Under the pieces are notes generated by a model, which ran no database searches, had not been told where the DNA came from, and was given only the letters and a program-made list of their open reading frames with translations. From contig JBIQJB010000001.1 in assembly GCA_044507735.1 (NCBI GenBank), positions 297,007 through 315,289 on the forward strand: a stretch of DNA of 18,283 nt, read 5' to 3'. The translations under genes and the position numbers were made by a program. Shown here piece after piece: positions 7,958 through 15,833 of the stretch. Numbering within the stretch: the first letter of the stretch is position 1; each line of letters begins with the position of its first letter. This DNA is from Nitrosopumilales archaeon (GTDB lineage Archaea > Thermoproteota > Nitrososphaeria > Nitrososphaerales > Nitrososphaeraceae).

Positions 7958-8069
7958 CCTTCTCTACTCCCTATGGATGAGGGAGGGAAAGCCACGCGTC
8001 TCATTTAAGCAAGGTGGAATCATTTTCTAGAATTATCTATCTGCGCGATGCGCTACAAGAATACAAATC

Positions 8070-8100
8070 CCAAAAATGGAAGGGAGAAAAGAAGAGACAG
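8070..8100 (-). terminator. Putative pyrimidine/T-rich terminator after rps9
   Basis: Minus strand CTGTCTCTTCTTTTCTCCCTTCCATTTTTGG directly follows the rps9 stop. Confidence 0.45.
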
Positions 8101-8101
8101 T

Positions 8102-8548
8102 CTAACGGTAGGATTTCTGTTTCCTGCGCCTTGCGCCAGGGCCGCCAAACTTCTTTGATTCTGACTGCCTGCTGTCACCTGATAACAGATGCCTGTCATA
8201 TTCAGTGATCTTCTTCCTAATCTCTTCTCGTATGCTCTTTGTGAATGGATGATCCTTTGGGTCCTTACCTCCCTTCTGCTGACCCGTGAGTGCCCGTGAA
8301 ATCGCAACCGCGCTCGCAAAGGCCCTGCCCATAAAGCCACCCCCGCTTACTCTTACGTCTATGTCGATTCTGTTGCGATAGTCGCCAACAAGCGTCAGCG
8401 GAGTGAGCACCAACTCTTTTGCAACATCTGGTGTCAGCATTTCTGCCGGTATGTTGTTTATTCTGACCTTTCCTGAGCCTTTCGCAATCGTGGCAACTGC
8501 GCGGCTGGTCTTGCGTTGGCCTGGATAGAGCTCTATTTTAGTTGTCAT
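8102..8548 (-). CDS. rps9: 30S ribosomal protein S9 (uS9)
   Basis: GQRKTSRAVA, GSGKVRIN, VSGGGFMG, YDRHLL.GD.R, ESKKFGGPGARRRKQKSYR. The ATG at 8548 lies just past the rpl13 stop and is preferred over the track start at 8566. Confidence 0.97.
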   Translation of the reverse strand: MTTKIELYPGQRKTSRAVATIAKGSGKVRINNIPAEMLTPDVAKELVLTPLTLVGDYRNRIDIDVRVSGGGFMGRAFASAVAISRALTGQQKGGKDPKDHPFTKSIREEIRKKITEYDRHLLSGDSRQSESKKFGGPGARRRKQKSYR

Positions 8549-8550
8549 AT

Positions 8551-9024
8551 CTACTGTCCCTTCCACCCTATTTGCTTGGCGATCTCGCCGAGCGAAATAT
8601 AGTATGCTTCTGGCTTGGTAATCTTAGAATCTTCAAACGATTCCATTTTGGCGTTCTTCATTTCTTCAGGCACCCCGATATATACCCTCAAGCGCTTGAA
8701 CGCTGTCATGCCACTTGACTTTCTCTTTGGAACCATTCCTCTCACCATCTTGGATAGGATCGTGTCTGGTCTCCTTGGATGGAACGGTCCATGTATGGGG
8801 TTGGTAACCGAGTTAATCTCGAGGTGCTCCTTGTAAAGCTCTATAGTCTTGTAGCGGTTGTTGCCAGACAACATCGCTTTCTCTGCATTCACAATGGCGA
8901 CCTTGTTCCCCTGAAGCAAGAGCTTCGAAACGTGAGAGCACATCCTGCCTGCTATGCAATTGGTCGCGTCCACGACTATTGTTGTTGCTTTTTGCTGCTT
9001 TTGCACTGTCTTTTGTTCAGCCAA
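8551..9024 (-). CDS. rpl13: 50S ribosomal protein L13 (uL13)
   Basis: IVVDATNCIAGRMCSHVSKLLL, NAEKA, GPFHPRRPD, VRGMVP, RLRVYIGVP; position in the L18e-L13-S9 cluster. Confidence 0.97.
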   Translation of the reverse strand: MAEQKTVQKQQKATTIVVDATNCIAGRMCSHVSKLLLQGNKVAIVNAEKAMLSGNNRYKTIELYKEHLEINSVTNPIHGPFHPRRPDTILSKMVRGMVPKRKSSGMTAFKRLRVYIGVPEEMKNAKMESFEDSKITKPEAYYISLGEIAKQIGWKGQ

Positions 9025-9367
9025 TTATTCTCACTCCCTTTCCGTCAGGATATTTCTTTACCAGGTCTTCAAATGATACTATCTTGCCACCGGATTCGAC
9101 TACTTTTCTTGCTGCCGATTCAGATAGCGAATAAGCGCAAACAGTTAGCTTGTGCCCCAAGTTTCCTGTGCCCAAAATCTTACCGGGCACGACTATTACC
9201 TCCCCATCCTTTGTGACCTCTGCCAGCTTCCTCATGTTTATCTCGCGCCTATTTGAGCGAGAGCCAGCAAGCTCTTTTTCAAGTGCACGCCAGATCGGGG
9301 CCTTGTTCTTCTTGAATGCTGAGCGAAGAGTCCAGATGGTGTTGTCAATCATTGTATTGGCAAACAT
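9017..9367 (-). CDS. rpl18e: 50S ribosomal protein L18e (eL18)
   Basis: APIWRALEKEL, REINMRKL, VVPGKILGTG, AYSLSESA, PDGKGVRIIG; lies between rpoD and rpl13. Confidence 0.96.
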   Translation of the reverse strand: MFANTMIDNTIWTLRSAFKKNKAPIWRALEKELAGSRSNRREINMRKLAEVTKDGEVIVVPGKILGTGNLGHKLTVCAYSLSESAARKVVESGGKIVSFEDLVKKYPDGKGVRIIG

Positions 9368-9410
9368 GCGTTATGTCAACTCGTAGTAAAAGCTCCCCAA
9401 ATAAATGTAC

Positions 9411-10067
9411 CTAGGCATTCTTTGGAACCTTGAGCGACGACATTGCCTGCTTGAAGTTCTTGGTCTTTGACGACAGACGCTCAGCAGCAGCCACCAGTAT
9501 TTCTTCTGCTGTCAGCGCTCCTGTGGATTCGATCATCAGAATTATTTCGCTTTCGTCCTTGCCATCCTTGACTACCGCCGCCGAAGTCGGCTGCCACTTT
9601 GCATGGTCCTTGCCTATGCCGAGCCTTGCATACGCTTCAAACTTTAGCTTTTGATTTGGCGCCAGAACGACAATTGGTATGTCTTTGCTTACTGGCTTGA
9701 CCAGCTCGTCTTCAGATACGAGCTCGCCGGAAGTGACTACCGAAGTCTTTTCACCTGCCTCTGCATCAAGCACCAAGAGAACTCTGCATTTGCTACAGCC
9801 AAGAGTACTCTTGCAATCGCACTCGTGGGGCATTACAAACCTTCCGGGGTCGGCGCGAAGGGGAATCATGCCCAGCCTGTGGGCCAGAGCCTCATCGTGC
9901 ATGACCGATGAATTTTCAAGAATTACAACATCGTCGATGGCAAGTGTTGGAACTTCGCTTATTGCAAGTCTGCGGAGCGAGTTGACATATTGTCTTGGAA
10001 TATTGTTAAACTTGGTGACGATCCTCTCGTCTGATTTTTCTACAACCTCGATAGAAGGAGAAGCCAA
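9411..10067 (-). CDS. rpoD: DNA-directed RNA polymerase subunit D (Rpo3)
   Basis: NSLRRLAISEVPTLAIDDV, NSSVMHDEALAHRLGMIPL, CDC...CSKC, ARLGIGKDHAKWQP, ESTGAL. TTG at 10067 is preferred from TATA spacing; ATG at 10082 is the alternative. Confidence 0.96.
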   Translation of the reverse strand: MASPSIEVVEKSDERIVTKFNNIPRQYVNSLRRLAISEVPTLAIDDVVILENSSVMHDEALAHRLGMIPLRADPGRFVMPHECDCKSTLGCSKCRVLLVLDAEAGEKTSVVTSGELVSEDELVKPVSKDIPIVVLAPNQKLKFEAYARLGIGKDHAKWQPTSAAVVKDGKDESEIILMIESTGALTAEEILVAAAERLSSKTKNFKQAMSSLKVPKNA

Positions 10068-10092
10068 TACTTGTGAAAGCATGCCAGATCGA

Positions 10093-10149
10093 CCTTAAAA
10101 ATCTACCGAACGTTGCAATTTTTTCAGCATCTTGACATGCATATATATT
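10093..10149. promoter_or_regulatory. Divergent promoter region for the rpoD operon and SBDS
   Basis: Minus-strand GATTTTTAAGG (10103-10093) lies about 30 nt before TTG 10067; plus-strand ATATATATT (10141-10149) lies about 30 nt before ATG 10174. Confidence 0.6.
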
Positions 10150-10173
10150 CCATAAGTGATCAACTGGCTATCA

Positions 10174-10860
10174 ATGACTGACCGATTCATAGTCGCCCGG
10201 CTCACGGAAGACGGCGACAAGTTTGAGCTGGTTGTCAAGCCTGATCCTGCCTTGGAATACAAACTTGGCAAGAGGACTGACATTTCGAGCGTGCTCGTGT
10301 CCGACGAGGTCTATTCGGACGCTCAAAAGGGTTCCAGGGCCTCGAGCGAGAAATTGCTAAAGCACTTCAAGACTACCGACTCCATAGAAGTCGCTAAACA
10401 GATCCTTGCGAGGGGTGAACTGAACCTCACCACGGATCAGAGGAGAAAAATGGTCGAGGAAAAGAAGAAGCAAATTGTACAGTTCATCAACCGAAGCTTT
10501 GTCGACCCCCGGACTCATTTACCCCACCCGATAGTCAGGATAGAGGCTGCTATGGAGGAGTCAAGGGTTGTAATTGACCCGTTCAAAAAGGCTGAGGATC
10601 AGGCAAAGACTGTTGTGGACGCGCTACGCAAGATACTGCCCCTAAAATCTGAGACCTCAAAGCTGACCATAACTGTTCCTCCACAGTTTGCGGCCCAATC
10701 GTACAGTGTGCTAAAGTCTACTGGTGACCTTAAGAGCGAAGAGTGGCTTTCTGATGGCTCCTTGAGGGCAACTCTTGAAATGAACACCGGCCTGAAAGGA
10801 CAATTCCTCGACAGGCTCGGCTCGGTCACGAAGGGCTCAGCTCAAGTCAGAGAAGACTGA
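10174..10860 (+). CDS. sdo1: Ribosome maturation factor SBDS/Sdo1
   Basis: FELVVKPD, VYSDAQKG.RAS, GELNLTTDQRRKM, DPRTHLPHP..RIE.AMEE, IDPFK.AEDQ; canonical position before rrp4. ATG 10174 preferred over the track GTG at 10156. Confidence 0.96.
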   Translation: MTDRFIVARLTEDGDKFELVVKPDPALEYKLGKRTDISSVLVSDEVYSDAQKGSRASSEKLLKHFKTTDSIEVAKQILARGELNLTTDQRRKMVEEKKKQIVQFINRSFVDPRTHLPHPIVRIEAAMEESRVVIDPFKKAEDQAKTVVDALRKILPLKSETSKLTITVPPQFAAQSYSVLKSTGDLKSEEWLSDGSLRATLEMNTGLKGQFLDRLGSVTKGSAQVRED

Positions 10861-10979
10861 TCTACACTTAAAATATAAGTCAGCCATAACTAACCCAAAA
10901 GGAGCGAGAAAGAGAAAAAATGAGTAGTGATGTGATATTTTCAGAAGGGCATTTTGCCCCGGTGGTGAGCCTTTGAGAT

Positions 10980-11807
10980 ATGCACGATGTCAAGAGAAGG
11001 TATGTCATACCGGGAGACAAGATAGCCGAAGGAAATTTTAGGCCACTTATGAACGTGGTCAAGGCTGGCAACGCTCTGATTGCCACAAGGATTGGAATTG
11101 CAGAGACAGGTAGAGATGGCGTCAAGGTCATCCCGCTTTCAGGCGTCTATATCCCACGCGTTAACGACCTTGTGATCGGCAAGATAGTCGACCACTCTTC
11201 GTTGTCATGGGAGGTTGACATCAATTCATGCTTCTCGGCTCATCTGCCGGCCCAGGATGTATTTGGAAGAGACTTTTCACCAGCAAGGGACGACATGAGC
11301 AGGCACTTTGCAACGGGCGACATGATAACCGCCCGCGTCATTGCATTTGACAGAACGCGCGATCCAATGCTGACGGTGCAGGATCGCGACCTTGGCAAGA
11401 TCCCAAGAGGCGAAGTGTTGAAGATATCTGCTACACGTGTTCCGAGACTGATTGGCAAGCGCGGGTCGATGATCCAGACTATAGAACAGGCGACCCAGAC
11501 ACGAGTACTGATAGGGCAGAACGGCGTCGTGGTCGTGACCGGCAGAACTCCTGACGGGATACAACTGGCGGTTAGGGCGATCAAGATGGTAGAAGAGGAA
11601 GCGCACACTGCGAACCTGACACAGCGCATCAAGATGCTACTAAACGTGCCTGATACGCCACAGCCACCGTCATCACCAGCATCACAGCAGCAGGAGGCAC
11701 AACCAAGTGCTTCACAAATTGCTGACGGAGACGACAAGCCAAATCCAGCAGAGGAATCAGCAGCCGTAGAAGAAATCAAAGAAGAATTGGAGGTTGACAA
11801 GAAATGA
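10980..11807 (+). CDS. rrp4: Exosome complex RNA-binding cap subunit Rrp4
   Basis: [16 protein letters not shown] (S1 domain), [12 protein letters not shown] and IGQNGVV (KH domain), EEEAHT; SD-like GGTGGTGA at 10961-10968. Confidence 0.96.
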   Translation: MHDVKRRYVIPGDKIAEGNFRPLMNVVKAGNALIATRIGIAETGRDGVKVIPLSGVYIPRVNDLVIGKIVDHSSLSWEVDINSCFSAHLPAQDVFGRDFSPARDDMSRHFATGDMITARVIAFDRTRDPMLTVQDRDLGKIPRGEVLKISATRVPRLIGKRGSMIQTIEQATQTRVLIGQNGVVVVTGRTPDGIQLAVRAIKMVEEEAHTANLTQRIKMLLNVPDTPQPPSSPASQQQEAQPSASQIADGDDKPNPAEESAAVEEIKEELEVDKK

Positions 11808-12547
11808 CTCAAACAAGAAATTTGATAGATGAAAATGGAAAAAGGACGGATGGGCGGGGAATAGATGATCTCCGCGAAGTGAAGATAACCGTCGGTGTTG
11901 TAAAGAATGCCGATGGCTCTGCTTTCATTGAATTTGGAAATAACAAGATACTGGCGGCAGTGTATGGACCGCGCGAGGTGCACCCAAAGCATATGGCACA
12001 GTCCGATAGATGTGTGCTCCGATGCAGGTATCACATGTCGCCGTTCTCAACAGACACCCGCAAGAATCCCGCACCATCTAGGAGAGAAGTCGAGATTTCA
12101 AAAGTTATGCGCGAGGCGCTCGAACCAGCAGTGATGCTGGAAGACTACCCACGCGCGGCGATTGATGTCTTTGTCGAAGTGCTCCAGTCGGACGGCGGGT
12201 CGCGCTGCGCGGGCATTACAGCTGCTTCAGTGGCGCTTGCAGACGCGGGCATAAACATGCGCGACCTGGTCGCTGCATGCGCTGCAGGCAAAGTCGATGA
12301 CAAGATTGTCCTTGACATCAACGATACGGAGGACAAGGAAGGGGGTGCAGATATGCCTGTCGCATACTTGCCCCGCTTGGAGCAAGTGACCTTGCTACAA
12401 CTGGATGGCAAGTTGAGCCCTGAACAGTTTAACGAATGCCTTGACAAGGCTATTGTCGGCTGCAAGATGGTCTATGAAATTCAAAAGCAAGCGCTTATGC
12501 AAAAGTACTTTGGAAATGAAACTGAACTAAAGGAGGAGGTGCAGTAA
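11804..12547 (+). CDS. rrp41: Exosome complex exonuclease Rrp41
   Basis: [51 protein letters not shown]; ATGA overlap with rrp4 and GAGGT SD-like motif upstream. Confidence 0.97.
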   Translation: MTQTRNLIDENGKRTDGRGIDDLREVKITVGVVKNADGSAFIEFGNNKILAAVYGPREVHPKHMAQSDRCVLRCRYHMSPFSTDTRKNPAPSRREVEISKVMREALEPAVMLEDYPRAAIDVFVEVLQSDGGSRCAGITAASVALADAGINMRDLVAACAAGKVDDKIVLDINDTEDKEGGADMPVAYLPRLEQVTLLQLDGKLSPEQFNECLDKAIVGCKMVYEIQKQALMQKYFGNETELKEEVQ

Positions 12548-12552
12548 GAAGA

Positions 12553-13377
12553 ATGAGTTCTTCAAAGAGATCAACAATAATTGTTGAACATTTGCGGAAA
12601 CAACAGATGTGGGACGCACTGTCCCGCGGAAAGAGGCTTGACGGGAGGGCATTTGATGAGATGAGGCCGTTGGAGATCGAAGTTGGCGTGATCAAAAAGG
12701 CTAACGGTTCTGCAAGGGTCAAACTTGGCGACTCCGAGGTAATTGCGGGAGTCAAGGTGGAGACAGGCGAACCGTTCGAAGGCCTTGAAGAGAAGGGTGC
12801 TCTGATAGTCTCTGCAGAAGTGTTGCCGACCGCATCACCATATGTTGAGCCCGGGCCTCCAGATGAAGAAGTAATCGAACTTGCAAGGGTAGTAGACAGA
12901 GGTGTCAGGGAGTCAGAAATGATAGATCTTGACAAGCTGGTCCTTGTGCCCGGCAAGATCGTGTACACAATCTTTGTAGACTGCAGCGTGATAAATGCGG
13001 ATGGCAACCTGTTTGATGCAACCTCCTACGCCACAGTGGCATCATTGCTGACTGCCAATCTCCCGGTACTTGAAATGCAGGATGGCAAGGTTGTGGACAC
13101 AGGCAAGACTCAGCCAATGCCGGTGACATCCATACCAGTCTCAATTACCGCTGCAAGAATTGGAGACTATGTTGTGATAGACCCTACTGCCGAAGAAGAG
13201 GGATGCATGGATGCAAGGATAACCATAGACACCAATGAGGCAGGCTTTTGCGCAGTCCAAAAGGGCTACGCGGGCGCCTTTACTGTAGAACAGCTGAAAA
13301 AGGCAGCCGAAACAGCAAGAATTAAAGGAGAGGAAATACGGGCAAGACTGAAGGAGCTGGCAAGGAATAATGGGTAA
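12553..13377 (+). CDS. rrp42: Exosome complex subunit Rrp42
   Basis: [51 protein letters not shown]; GGAGGAGGTG SD upstream. Confidence 0.97.
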   Translation: MSSSKRSTIIVEHLRKQQMWDALSRGKRLDGRAFDEMRPLEIEVGVIKKANGSARVKLGDSEVIAGVKVETGEPFEGLEEKGALIVSAEVLPTASPYVEPGPPDEEVIELARVVDRGVRESEMIDLDKLVLVPGKIVYTIFVDCSVINADGNLFDATSYATVASLLTANLPVLEMQDGKVVDTGKTQPMPVTSIPVSITAARIGDYVVIDPTAEEEGCMDARITIDTNEAGFCAVQKGYAGAFTVEQLKKAAETARIKGEEIRARLKELARNNG

Positions 13378-13600
13378 GAAAGGCTCGACAAACCTGAAAG
13401 GTCTTGGTATCAAGTTCGGTGCAACCGTGCGCAGGCGCTACGGCAAGGTTCACCGTACTCTGCATAAGAAGCGCAGATGTCCGTCATGCGGCTCGCTGAG
13501 GTTCGGCAGGCTCGCTGCAGGCATCTGGAGCTGTCCCAAATGCAACTTCAAGATCGCATCGGGCGCGTACGACATTGACCTTGAAAAACTACAGGGCTAA
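13370..13600 (+). CDS. rpl37ae: 50S ribosomal protein L37Ae (eL43)
   Basis: [13 protein letters not shown]...[11 protein letters not shown] zinc finger, ASGAY; canonical position after rrp42. Confidence 0.93.
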   Translation: MGKKGSTNLKGLGIKFGATVRRRYGKVHRTLHKKRRCPSCGSLRFGRLAAGIWSCPKCNFKIASGAYDIDLEKLQG

Positions 13601-13877
13601 GATCAGGATATCTGCAAAGTCGGAGCGCATGTCCGCATCAATCCGCGACGCTCTGGCTCCCGATCTTGTCCGCCTGCCCAAAACCGGAGGGGAAGGTGGG
13701 GGCAGGACAAAAATTTTTCTAAAAAATTCTGATATCGTTCTTGACATCGCGACACCTGATATTCCATCACTTCGGGCGAGCATCAATTCATACGTCAGGC
13801 TGGTAGATGCCTCTAGTCGGTGCTTGCACATGACAGCCTCTGGCAATAACAAGAGCTGGCCCCCAGCGGGTCTCTAA
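13581..13877 (+). CDS. pcc1: KEOPS complex subunit Pcc1
   Basis: ALAPD and I...DIPSLRASINSYVRL signature; position in the exosome superoperon. Start is TTG 13575 or 13581. Confidence 0.85.
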   Translation: MKNYRAKIRISAKSERMSASIRDALAPDLVRLPKTGGEGGGRTKIFLKNSDIVLDIATPDIPSLRASINSYVRLVDASSRCLHMTASGNNKSWPPAGL

Positions 13878-14033
13878 TCGTGACAAATTCACAGGGTTTG
13901 TCCAACGTTACCGGGGGAAATCGCTGCCTGGCCTGTTCTCCTCCGATGCTCGTTTAATGAATCAACAATGATTCTCCCAAGGTGACACAAGTGCTTACGA
14001 GCAGGCAGCTAAATTGTACACTATCGCAACTAC

Positions 14034-14095
14034 TGCAAGTACTGTCCAACTTGCATCGTGAGAAGCAGTTGCAAGTACTATTGGCATTGCAACTG
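14034..14095. repeat. Two dyad sites TGCAA-N12-TTGCA, 36 bp apart
   Basis: TGCAAGTACTGTCCAACTTGCA (14034-14055, 7-bp arms) and TGCAAGTACTATTGGCATTGCA (14070-14091, arms extend to 9 bp over 14066-14095); the first 10 nt are identical. Confidence 0.7.
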
Positions 14096-14582
14096 ATCAG
14101 AGACTCTACACAATTTCGCTGGCTCTGTATGCCTAAATAACAAGGTGTGGGACAAGTCTACGAACCGCCTGTTTGAATGACTTTCTCGAACGGATTTTTT
14201 CGATCCGCCCTACTCAGGAACGGGTAACGTAGACGACATTAGCAAAAGCCGCGATATGATGGTCGCCTCTTCTACAACGGCCGCGTCATGGTACAGAGAC
14301 ACGGTCATGAAACACCGGCACAACATTTTTTCTGCTACTCTGCCTTACCCATTCACTTCTGGCGAAGACGCAACCCAGAGGATTCCAGATGAAACATAAC
14401 AGGAGACTGGGGCTATAAAATACTAGGCTTGATAGTTGCCAAAATAAGTGGCACCTTTGCACGGACGTACCTGCACGAGTGCAGACTCGTGATACGATCA
14501 CGAATCATGTCCAATCGGAAGGTAAAGAAAGCATATGTTGGTCCGAAGTTTCAGACGAGAACACTATCCTTGCCAACGCTAT

Positions 14583-14593
14583 GATTTTATAGG
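14583..14593 (+). promoter_or_regulatory. Putative TATA box for prefoldin beta (GATTTTATAGG)
   Basis: 33-43 nt upstream of ATG 14626; resembles the other GATTTT(T)A promoter elements in the window. Confidence 0.5.
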
Positions 14594-14625
14594 ATACAAT
14601 GTGATTAGTTGCAGAGTAATAGTTT

Positions 14626-15033
14626 ATGAGCGAACAGGAACTTCCACCATGGCTTAGAGAACAGGTATCACGCTTACAGCAGCTCCAGCAGAACCTGCAG
14701 GCTATAATGATGCAAAAGCAGCAGCTGGAGGTCGAGTCAGTAGAAACCGATCGAGCTCTTGAAGAACTGAAAAAGGCTGGCCCCGACGATGCAGTATACA
14801 AGAATGCCGGCTCTGTCCTCATCAAGGCAAAGAAGGAAGATGTCATCAAGGAGCTGGAGGAAAAGAAGGAGCTATCAAACACCCGCGTGATGGTCCTCGG
14901 AAAGCAGGAGGCGAGGGTGAAGGAAAACCTGAAAGAAGTCGAAAACAAGATAAACGAAATGGTTCGCGGCATGCAGGGCGGATCGGCTGGTCCGGCAGCA
15001 GGCGGAGCGGGCCCACGGCCTAGGGCTGAATAA
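14626..15033 (+). CDS. pfdB: Prefoldin subunit beta
   Basis: ELPPWLREQ, QQLQQNLQ...QKQQLE, ALEEL, VYKNAGSVLIK beta-hairpin, LEEKKE coiled coil; Gly/Ala-rich tail. Confidence 0.96.
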   Translation: MSEQELPPWLREQVSRLQQLQQNLQAIMMQKQQLEVESVETDRALEELKKAGPDDAVYKNAGSVLIKAKKEDVIKELEEKKELSNTRVMVLGKQEARVKENLKEVENKINEMVRGMQGGSAGPAAGGAGPRPRAE

Positions 15034-15065
15034 GAAATTATAGGGAAGGCAGACACATTTTTTGT

Positions 15066-15833
15066 GTGCCTGTCCGAATCGTTGTAGACGAGAGGGAGAA
15101 GAATAGTGGCATCCCTGAATTACTAAGAAATGCAGGCGCTATTATCGACTTTGCACAACTGAAGGTGGGCGACTATATCGTTTCTCCTGAAATTGCTATA
15201 GAGCGCAAGACAGTCCGCGACCTCGTCAGCTCCATCTATGACGGTAGGCTCTTTATCCAGTGTTCTGATCTCGTCACGCATTACCAAAAGCCGCTCTTGG
15301 TGGTACAAGGGAATATCGCCGAGCTTGCAGAAGCACCTGAAGAGGGTGAGGATGACAACGCAAAGCAAGCAGGCAATAATAACAATAATGGCGTTAGGCG
15401 TCTGGCAGAGCGCATGCCGCTTGCCTACGATGCGCTTGCGACAGTCGCCACCGAATTCCGGATACCGATAATCCACACGTCGTCGGGGGAACAGACAGCG
15501 CAGCTGCTAGTCACACTTGTGAACAAGAGCCTTCGGGACGGCAAGGCAACAGGGCCTCTCTTAAGAAAGATCAAGAAGGAAAATCCTGTATACATCCAGC
15601 AGCTGTCAGTGCTGTCATCAGTCCCCGGCATCGGGGAGAAGCTTGCAGCAAGGATGCTCGACAAGTTCCAGACACCGAAGAGAGCGCTCAACGCCTCTGC
15701 CGCGGAGCTGGCGACGATCCCGGGATTTGGCATTGCAAGGGCAGAGCGAGTGCGCAAAATACTTGACTCTCCCAACAAGGTAAGTCAAGTGGTGCAGAAG
15801 ACGCTCTTTGAAGAGGATGAAAAGCCTAGTTGA
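15066..15833 (+). CDS. xpf: Short-form XPF/ERCC4 structure-specific endonuclease with (HhH)2 domain
   Basis: IVVDERE, GDYIVS, IERKTVRDLVSSIYDGRLF (ERKx3D motif), HhH motifs VPGIGEKLA and IPGFGIARA; GTG start. Confidence 0.93.
   Translation: MPVRIVVDEREKNSGIPELLRNAGAIIDFAQLKVGDYIVSPEIAIERKTVRDLVSSIYDGRLFIQCSDLVTHYQKPLLVVQGNIAELAEAPEEGEDDNAKQAGNNNNNGVRRLAERMPLAYDALATVATEFRIPIIHTSSGEQTAQLLVTLVNKSLRDGKATGPLLRKIKKENPVYIQQLSVLSSVPGIGEKLAARMLDKFQTPKRALNASAAELATIPGFGIARAERVRKILDSPNKVSQVVQKTLFEEDEKPS

Noticed and set aside
7728-8004. Track ORFs 7728-7910 (+) and 7798-8004 (-)
   Set aside because: No recognisable motif; the interval is better explained by the C2H2 ORF in another minus-strand frame.
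11240-12034. Long antisense ORFs (11240-12034, 12495-13007, 14505-15056, 16335-16784 and others)
   Set aside because: Shadow ORFs opposite well-supported genes, Ser-rich and without motifs.
14034-14091. Degenerate CRISPR mini-array reading of the dyad pair
   Set aside because: Only two divergent units with a 14-bp gap, no leader and no cas genes in the window.
13954-14157. Cys-rich minus-strand frame (...SCNANSTCNCFSRCKLDSTCSSC...) resembling a metallothionein
   Set aside because: No start codon near its 5' end; the Cys richness follows trivially from the repeated TGCA/TTGC motifs.
14255-14272. Spacer frame encoding YDGRLF, identical to a hexapeptide in the nearby XPF
   Set aside because: Similarity does not extend on either side and a stop lies a few codons upstream; treated as coincidence.
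14181-14399. Open stretch reading ...DFFDPPYSGTGNV..., resembling methyltransferase motif IV (DPPY or DxPCSGTG)
   Set aside because: No start codon upstream of the motif, no SAM-binding motif, and flanks unlike any methyltransferase; probably chance. A blastx hit would be needed to revive it.
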